IMG/VR virus record: IMGVR_UViG_3300005541_000007
Span: 1 to 64,000 of that record
Strand: one strand, 5' to 3'
DNA: 64,000 nucleotides
Origin: a virus
The position numbers were made by a program, and so were the translations under genes. Below, in pieces: positions 58,274-64,000 of the stretch (position 1 is the first letter of the stretch; every line of letters begins with the position of its first letter). Below the pieces are notes generated by a model, which did no database searches, was not told the DNA's origin, and worked only from the letters and a program-made list of their open reading frames with translations.

Positions 58274-58855
58274 ATGGCCGGTAATTTAATTGGTAATAGT
58301 AGATACCCAAGAATTAGAAAACTTGATAATAATACAGTTATCACACGAAAACTTATAGATCAAGCTAATGTTACCACAACTGTAGTACAACAATTTGGTG
58401 GAGGAATATCTGGTGGTGGAGTAGCACCATCAAGTAATACCGGAGGATCGGGAACTACAGGACTTGCTTATGCACAAGTTACAACAGTATATACTGATTT
58501 AGCTACAACTAATGGTAATAATGCAACTCCTACTGTAACATCTGCATCATATACATTTACAGCAACAGATGTAGGAAATTTTATAACAATTACATTAGGA
58601 ACAAACTGGTTCCCAGGAACATATAATATTAGTAGTATTTCTGGTGGTGGAGCGGTATTAAATGAATCTTGCGGAAATACAGCGTCTTTAACATCAGGAA
58701 CTTGGTTTGAATTTGCTTCTACTGCAACTAATACATTAGAGCCTTTTATTACTGGGGATACAGGTATAATAGTAATGAATAATGCCGCAGCAACACAATT
58801 AATTTTAAGATATGAACCTATTAATAATCCCCTATTTATGTTGGAGTGTTTCTAA
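58274..58855 (+). CDS. Tail-associated protein carrying the repeated module
   Basis: AGGAG SD; module at ~58490-58714. Confidence 0.65.
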   Translation: MAGNLIGNSRYPRIRKLDNNTVITRKLIDQANVTTTVVQQFGGGISGGGVAPSSNTGGSGTTGLAYAQVTTVYTDLATTNGNNATPTVTSASYTFTATDVGNFITITLGTNWFPGTYNISSISGGGAVLNESCGNTASLTSGTWFEFASTATNTLEPFITGDTGIIVMNNAAATQLILRYEPINNPLFMLECF

Positions 58856-59221
58856 ATGGCACTAGCCCTTACTTCAATAAAACCAGTAAATACCACAACT
58901 TCTATTGGAAATTCCCCAGTTACCGTCTATACTTGTCCTGCTAATACTTATGCTACGATGCAATATATTACAGTTACAAATATTACTACAGCATTAACCG
59001 TTAATGTTACTGTGCAAATGTGGAGAGTACCCAGTGGAGGAAGTGCAGGAACTACTAATTTAATTTTACCAGGATATATAATTCAAGCAAATGATCCAAC
59101 ATTAACTTTATATTATAATTCTAAAATTCAATTTAATCCTGGCGATTTTCTAGTAGTGGAAGCTAGTGTAGCGGCCTCCTTAAATTTTGGTGCTATAGTC
59201 AACGAATTCCAGGCACTTTAG
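58856..59221 (+). CDS. Small virion protein
   Basis: TVYTCPAN..I.VTN...NLI...PGDFL pattern; last gene of the tail operon. Confidence 0.6.
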   Translation: MALALTSIKPVNTTTSIGNSPVTVYTCPANTYATMQYITVTNITTALTVNVTVQMWRVPSGGSAGTTNLILPGYIIQANDPTLTLYYNSKIQFNPGDFLVVEASVAASLNFGAIVNEFQAL

Positions 59222-59231
59222 TACCTATGAC

Positions 59232-59325
59232 TTGACAAACTCTTCTATATGTGGTAAGGTGTGCAAGCGTCGTGATTTAGACTTCGCAACGTTCCACCCT
59301 AAAGAGAACGGCTAGGTTACGACGC
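59232..59325 (+). promoter_or_regulatory. Promoter plus structured 5' leader of the replication operon
   Basis: TTGACA-17-TAAGGT (extended TG); 14-bp stem GCGTCGTGATTTAG/CTAGGTTACGACGC. Confidence 0.65.
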
Positions 59326-59334
59326 ATTCTATAT

Positions 59335-60738
59335 TTGCGAATAGAGAATATGAAATTTGAAATTCATACAAAAAATAATAGAGCTAAACTAATCGGAGAT
59401 ATTTCTGAAGAAATTGAATATAAACTTCAATCAGAATGTTTGTGGACGGATGAACTCAACTTCGACCATCAAATTTTATTCTATGCAGATGGAATTTTAT
59501 ACCCCGGGGTATCTTATCGCATTAAAAACATTCTAGAGGAAATGGGGCATGAGTGTAAAATTGTATTACCAGAACTACCTAAACCACAATATAATTGGCC
59601 TTTTACTTGGAAATATAGATATAAGCAAGAAGAATTTGCAGATGAATTAATTAAGAAAAGATATGGAATAGGTCAAGCAAGTGCTGGATTCGGTAAATCT
59701 GCCGGATTTGCGAGTATTATTTGTAAAGTAGGACTACCTTCTGTTGTTCTCGTGATGGAAAAGGAGCCACAGGATCAAGCAATTGAAACTCTTACAGACA
59801 TTATTGGTGAAGAATATATTGGAATTATTGGAGACGGAGTTTATAAACCAAATGTAGTTAATGTTTGTATGATTCAAACACTAATGCAATTAATAGAAAA
59901 GAATGATCCATTTATTGAATTCTTAAAAAATAAAGCTAAAATTGTGGTTGTAGACGAGGCCCACGCCTTTACAGGTGATATGGCATGGAAGATATTTTCA
60001 ATTTTAAACAGCGTAGAAATATTGGTGGGCGTTTCGGCCACTCCGTTACCCTCGCACAGCAGAGCGCCCTTTGTAGAGGCATTAATAGGCCCTGTACATT
60101 ATAACATCACCTACTCAGAATTAATAAACGAAAAAGTTTTGTGCCCGCTAACACTTTATACTGAAAAGATGCCGCTTAAGATGTATAAAATCCCAGGTTC
60201 TCAATTTGCAAGAAATAGAAAATATAGAGAAATTGTAGATGATTATATCGTCTATAATAAAGAAAGACATAAATACATTAAAGGATTTGTAGATGAAATG
60301 TTAGAGGAAAATATCTCTGTAGCTGTAGTGTGTCAACAAGTAGAACATGCTAAATCTTTACATGAAATGATGCCTTATGGAGTTGTATTGACAGGTAGAA
60401 CACCAAAGAAACAACGTGAGGAAATTGTACGTAAATTAAGAAATAAAGAAATAATGTGTGTAATTACTACAGTTTTTAATCAAGCAGTAGATATTCCATC
60501 ATTAGGTGCAGTTGCGATTGTAGCAGGAGGAAAGTCGTATGTAAAATTAATACAGCGCATCCGCAGCACCCGCACTTTTTCTGGAGAAACTGCTACAGGG
60601 CACTTGACAAAGACAGAGGGGATAGTGTACTATCCTTATGACAGGGCACCCTGGCTTCAGAATCACTCGGTAGCAGCACTAAAGATTTTTTCTGAACTTA
60701 TTGCCCAACATTCTTTGAATAAAATGGTGAGCGTTTAA
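59335..60738 (+). CDS. Superfamily 2 (UvsW-like) DNA helicase
   Basis: ASAGFGKS, VVDEAH, GVSATP, VDIPSL and QRIRSTR motifs. Confidence 0.9.
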   Translation: MRIENMKFEIHTKNNRAKLIGDISEEIEYKLQSECLWTDELNFDHQILFYADGILYPGVSYRIKNILEEMGHECKIVLPELPKPQYNWPFTWKYRYKQEEFADELIKKRYGIGQASAGFGKSAGFASIICKVGLPSVVLVMEKEPQDQAIETLTDIIGEEYIGIIGDGVYKPNVVNVCMIQTLMQLIEKNDPFIEFLKNKAKIVVVDEAHAFTGDMAWKIFSILNSVEILVGVSATPLPSHSRAPFVEALIGPVHYNITYSELINEKVLCPLTLYTEKMPLKMYKIPGSQFARNRKYREIVDDYIVYNKERHKYIKGFVDEMLEENISVAVVCQQVEHAKSLHEMMPYGVVLTGRTPKKQREEIVRKLRNKEIMCVITTVFNQAVDIPSLGAVAIVAGGKSYVKLIQRIRSTRTFSGETATGHLTKTEGIVYYPYDRAPWLQNHSVAALKIFSELIAQHSLNKMVSV

Positions 60739-60903
60739 ATGTCTGTACAGGAAGTAATTGACAATTTACTAAAAGTAGAAGATAAAACAAAAGATATTAT
60801 AGTTTGTGTAAAAAGACATTTTCCACACGAAGAAGAAAGTTTTAATATTACAAAGATAACTAGTGATTGGGTATATGTAGAACTATATTGTGGCTTTGAA
60901 TGA
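60739..60903 (+). CDS. Small hypothetical protein (not in ORF track)
   Basis: ATG directly after helicase TAA; MSVQEVIDNLLKVEDK..., 54 aa. Confidence 0.55.
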   Translation: MSVQEVIDNLLKVEDKTKDIIVCVKRHFPHEEESFNITKITSDWVYVELYCGFE

Positions 60904-60999
60904 AAGAACGACAAGAATTCACCGAAGCGTGGGATCAATTTGTAAATGAAATTTACAAAATATTTTTACCTATGACAACTTGGATTGTAGAGAAAATTA

Positions 61000-61383
61000 A
61001 TGCCCGCTTTTTCTAATATTGGATTTTATATCAACACCTATGCAATTATTGCAAAACGTCCAGTTCCAAAACTTCAAAAACCACAAATACTTAGTTTACA
61101 AGCAGTTTTTAGAAGTATTAAAGATAGATATGAAATTCCAAATAATGAAATACGCTATTTAATCTCATATTCATTTCTTCATAATCCGTTAAAGTTAGAA
61201 AATATATCTGAATATGGACAAATAGGCAAATTAATTCCTTGTGCTATTTTCTATAATAGTTGGAAGAAATATAATAGACAGCTTATACAACAACAAGGAT
61301 TGCAAAAAGCAATTCTTAATACTCGTCCAAACGATCAGACAGCAGAAACAGAACTGCTAAAGGAAATATTTAGTGAACAATAA
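61000..61383 (+). CDS. Hypothetical protein
   Basis: 127-aa ORF in replication operon. Confidence 0.55.
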   Translation: MPAFSNIGFYINTYAIIAKRPVPKLQKPQILSLQAVFRSIKDRYEIPNNEIRYLISYSFLHNPLKLENISEYGQIGKLIPCAIFYNSWKKYNRQLIQQQGLQKAILNTRPNDQTAETELLKEIFSEQ

Positions 61384-61558
61384 AACAGCAGCAACACTTA
61401 ATAATGGTGATAAGGTATCTATCTTGTCAGGTGCGTGTAAAGGATATTCAGCTAATGTAGTTGATAAGAACTTTTCTGATACAATGATTCAAGTAAAGAT
61501 TAACGATAGCAATACCCTTATTAAGAAGACTACACAAGTTACAGTAATTAATACTTAA
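61373..61558 (+). CDS. Small KOW-motif protein
   Basis: GDKVSILSGACKGYSANVV. Confidence 0.6.
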   Translation: MNNKTAATLNNGDKVSILSGACKGYSANVVDKNFSDTMIQVKINDSNTLIKKTTQVTVINT

Positions 61559-62347
61559 ATGTACAGTCAAGTTCTTGATTATTTATATGAAGCACAAGAA
61601 GTAGAAAATCTTGTAGCCGAAACTTGTAAAGAAGCATCGGCTATTAATTTAATGCAACTTGATATTCTGTATTCTCAAGATAGATTATGTGATAAGTGCG
61701 TTACATTGCCTAATACTTCTATGCTTTGTGGGGGTATTAGGCTTGTGTTAGATGTTAACGCAACACAACAGTATAAAAAGCCAATTCTTTTAGATCGTGC
61801 ATGTTCTAAATTAGAACAACAACAAGATACCCAATTTGGAGATTCTAGAATGAAAAGAACAGGAATACCAAAACATTCCTATTTATCTACGTTAGAAAAT
61901 TTAAAATTCGATTATGATATTGACGAACACTCTATGCAAGTGTATAGAGTAGGACCAAATGAAGATGATGATGCAGATTATTATCCTTTACTTGATGTAA
62001 ATAAACAATCGCTTAAAAATATTAGAGATAGTATGGATGCGGTTGTTAGTTTAGCGGATAAAGGTTTTGAAACTTATTTTTTCCATGTAGAGAAAGAGTA
62101 CGCAAAATCTATAGATTGGGACATAGAAAGGCTTACAGTACTTGACTTTATACACTTTGAAGGGGTAAACAGTAGGAGTGGTACAGACTACAGTAGACAG
62201 AGGTTATTTGAAATTATAAAAATGAGAATTGAATATGAATTACCAACAAGTATTTCAATGTTGGCAGATGTACAGGGACGTAATGAAGAAGAAACAGAAT
62301 TTTTCAAGATGTTAGAGGAAAAGATTAATGAACGAACAAATCCTTGA
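61559..62347 (+). CDS. Degenerate DnaC/DnaI-like helicase loader
   Basis: N-terminal CxxC..C..C, then LDFIHFEGV..TDYSRQRLFEII..R...LPT resembling the DnaC/IstB C-terminus; no Walker A visible. Confidence 0.5.
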   Translation: MYSQVLDYLYEAQEVENLVAETCKEASAINLMQLDILYSQDRLCDKCVTLPNTSMLCGGIRLVLDVNATQQYKKPILLDRACSKLEQQQDTQFGDSRMKRTGIPKHSYLSTLENLKFDYDIDEHSMQVYRVGPNEDDDADYYPLLDVNKQSLKNIRDSMDAVVSLADKGFETYFFHVEKEYAKSIDWDIERLTVLDFIHFEGVNSRSGTDYSRQRLFEIIKMRIEYELPTSISMLADVQGRNEEETEFFKMLEEKINERTNP

Positions 62348-62735
62348 AGCTACAGTAGTAGGAGTACAATTTTGTAAAAATCGTGGTACTGCACTACTTG
62401 AAACATATCTAGCAGATAAAAAGAATGCTGATCTTTCATTACAGGAAAAACCAGACAATGAATATAATCCTAGAGCAGTAGCCGTTAATATTAACGGATA
62501 TGACGGAGAGGTATTTCAACTAGGTTGGATTCCTGATGATGATTTAGATGAATATTATGATTGGAAGGAAAAGTGCATTAATGAATGTATTGAGGAAGAT
62601 TTAGACCCAAATGATTTAGATTTTTATATTTCTAGTAATCTTTATGATGAAGATGGAGAACCTTTTTGTGTGAATTATATTAGAAGCAATCTTCTAAGAT
62701 ATTTTGCAGTAGATTTTATTTTTAGGATTAAGTAA
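62328..62735 (+). CDS. HIRAN-domain protein
   Basis: VVGVQF, L.EKPDNEYNPRAVAV and LGWIP motifs. Confidence 0.8.
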   Translation: MNEQILEATVVGVQFCKNRGTALLETYLADKKNADLSLQEKPDNEYNPRAVAVNINGYDGEVFQLGWIPDDDLDEYYDWKEKCINECIEEDLDPNDLDFYISSNLYDEDGEPFCVNYIRSNLLRYFAVDFIFRIK

Positions 62736-64000
62736 TTAACGAGAATTTTGCTAGATTACTACGTCATGTAATTGATGTAGATGGTTCTTTAGTATCTGAT
62801 TGCTATTATACTGTATTTAATTCTCAACTTAAAGAAGAACATTTTCAATTCTTTGATTTAAAAGATAATGTATTTGATATAACAGCAGAAAGTCTAATCT
62901 TTCGTGCAGCTAAAAATCTATTTGATCGCTATAATAATCCTTGTACTATTGATACAATTGCAGAAGAAGTCAATAAAGAACAAAAATTACTTGCTAGTGA
63001 AAAACAAGATGTAATAGATGCACTTAAAGATATTTCTGAATATGAAGCAAATCCTAATGAAACTAAGTATTTACTAGAACTTGTATTAGAAGATTATAAA
63101 GATTCAAGACTTAATCAAGTATTTCAAACTGCAATAAAACTAAAGGAAAACAATCTTGAAAAGTCAATCAATTATTCTATTAAAACATTAGCAGAACTTA
63201 AACAGCTAGGAAATTCTATAAATAATGATGATCCTGCTACTATTTCATTAAAAACAGCATCAGAAACACTACTTAATAAAATAGAACAAGGAAAAGAATT
63301 AGTAGAATTTGCATGTCACTATGGCGTGAATGAAATTAACCAAAGATTAGACGGTATTAAAAGAAGAGAATATATTGTACTGTGTGGACCGGCTTCAGCG
63401 GGCAAGTCATTTTTATCACAAGAATTTGCATATCAAGCAGCACTTAATCAAAATAAACGAGTTGTAATAGCCTCTACTGAAATGAATACTGAAGATATTT
63501 TACTTAGGCTAATGTCTAGGCTTACTAAAATTCCTTCACGTAAATTACAACGTCCTGACACATTAACACCAGAAGAATTAGAACGATTTAAAGTTTGTAT
63601 TACAGAATTTCAGAAAGAAGAATTTAATGATAGATTAATCTTTGTACAAAAAGGTAAGTTTTCTACAATAGAACAACTAAAACAAATTATCCTTCAACAA
63701 TTAGGAGATAAACAATTAGATTTACTTGTACTTGACTATATTGAAAATTTAATTCCATCGTTTAAAACTGGTAGTCAACAATGGGAACAAAAGAACGCTA
63801 TTTCACAAGAGTTTAAGCATTTACTTGATGAATTAAATTGTGGGGGTATTACTCCTGCGCAAAATAATGCAAGAGGTATGGTTAATGGTGGTAACGGTGC
63901 AGGTATCGGAGAAATATCATTTAAACAATTATATAAAGATGCAGATACATTCTTAATGGTATCAGAAGATGAAACTATTCCACCAGGACCGCCAGCATCA
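62735..64000 (+). CDS. dnaB: DnaB-like replicative helicase (3' truncated; probable ATT start)
   Basis: Open frame from 62732 to window end with GPASAGKS, STEM, LLVLDY, TPAQ and KDAD motifs. Confidence 0.88.
   Translation, partial: MNENFARLLRHVIDVDGSLVSDCYYTVFNSQLKEEHFQFFDLKDNVFDITAESLIFRAAKNLFDRYNNPCTIDTIAEEVNKEQKLLASEKQDVIDALKDISEYEANPNETKYLLELVLEDYKDSRLNQVFQTAIKLKENNLEKSINYSIKTLAELKQLGNSINNDDPATISLKTASETLLNKIEQGKELVEFACHYGVNEINQRLDGIKRREYIVLCGPASAGKSFLSQEFAYQAALNQNKRVVIASTEMNTEDILLRLMSRLTKIPSRKLQRPDTLTPEELERFKVCITEFQKEEFNDRLIFVQKGKFSTIEQLKQIILQQLGDKQLDLLVLDYIENLIPSFKTGSQQWEQKNAISQEFKHLLDELNCGGITPAQNNARGMVNGGNGAGIGEISFKQLYKDADTFLMVSEDETIPPGPPAS

Noticed and set aside
40202-58714. Repeated module as an intein or DGR template/variable repeat
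   Set aside because: No intein terminal motifs, no reverse transcriptase in the window, and differences between copies are not adenine-specific

Overview
AT-rich segment of a large tailed dsDNA phage, most likely a siphovirus. Layout: (1) ~1-3.9 kb has small genes, a repeat-rich non-coding stretch and a GC-richer island with a candidate structured RNA. (2) ~4-10 kb has accessory genes: HNH endonuclease, phosphoesterase, an intein-split papain-like peptidase and an HD hydrolase. (3) ~10-26 kb has Ser/Thr/Gly-rich fibre/spike-like genes interleaved with two GT-A glycosyltransferases, three SAM methyltransferases, a clan-A glycoside hydrolase-like gene and a SpoIIIAA/Ycf45-like ATPase. (4) ~26-33 kb has membrane/lysis-like and unknown genes. 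(5) ~33.6-59.2 kb is an HK97-type head and long non-contractile tail module. (6) ~59.3-64 kb has replication genes (SF2 helicase, degenerate DnaC-like, HIRAN, DnaB). The most striking observation is a transposase-less tnpB cassette inserted 13 codons into a head-completion gene. The cassette's predicted omegaRNA 3' hairpin encodes a recoded replacement N-terminus for the gene it broke. Other highlights: a ~70-aa module present 7 times in four unrelated virion proteins, pervasive leaderless promoters, covarying DNA hairpin repeats and several candidate structured RNAs. All calls come from manual motif reading; no database searches were run.
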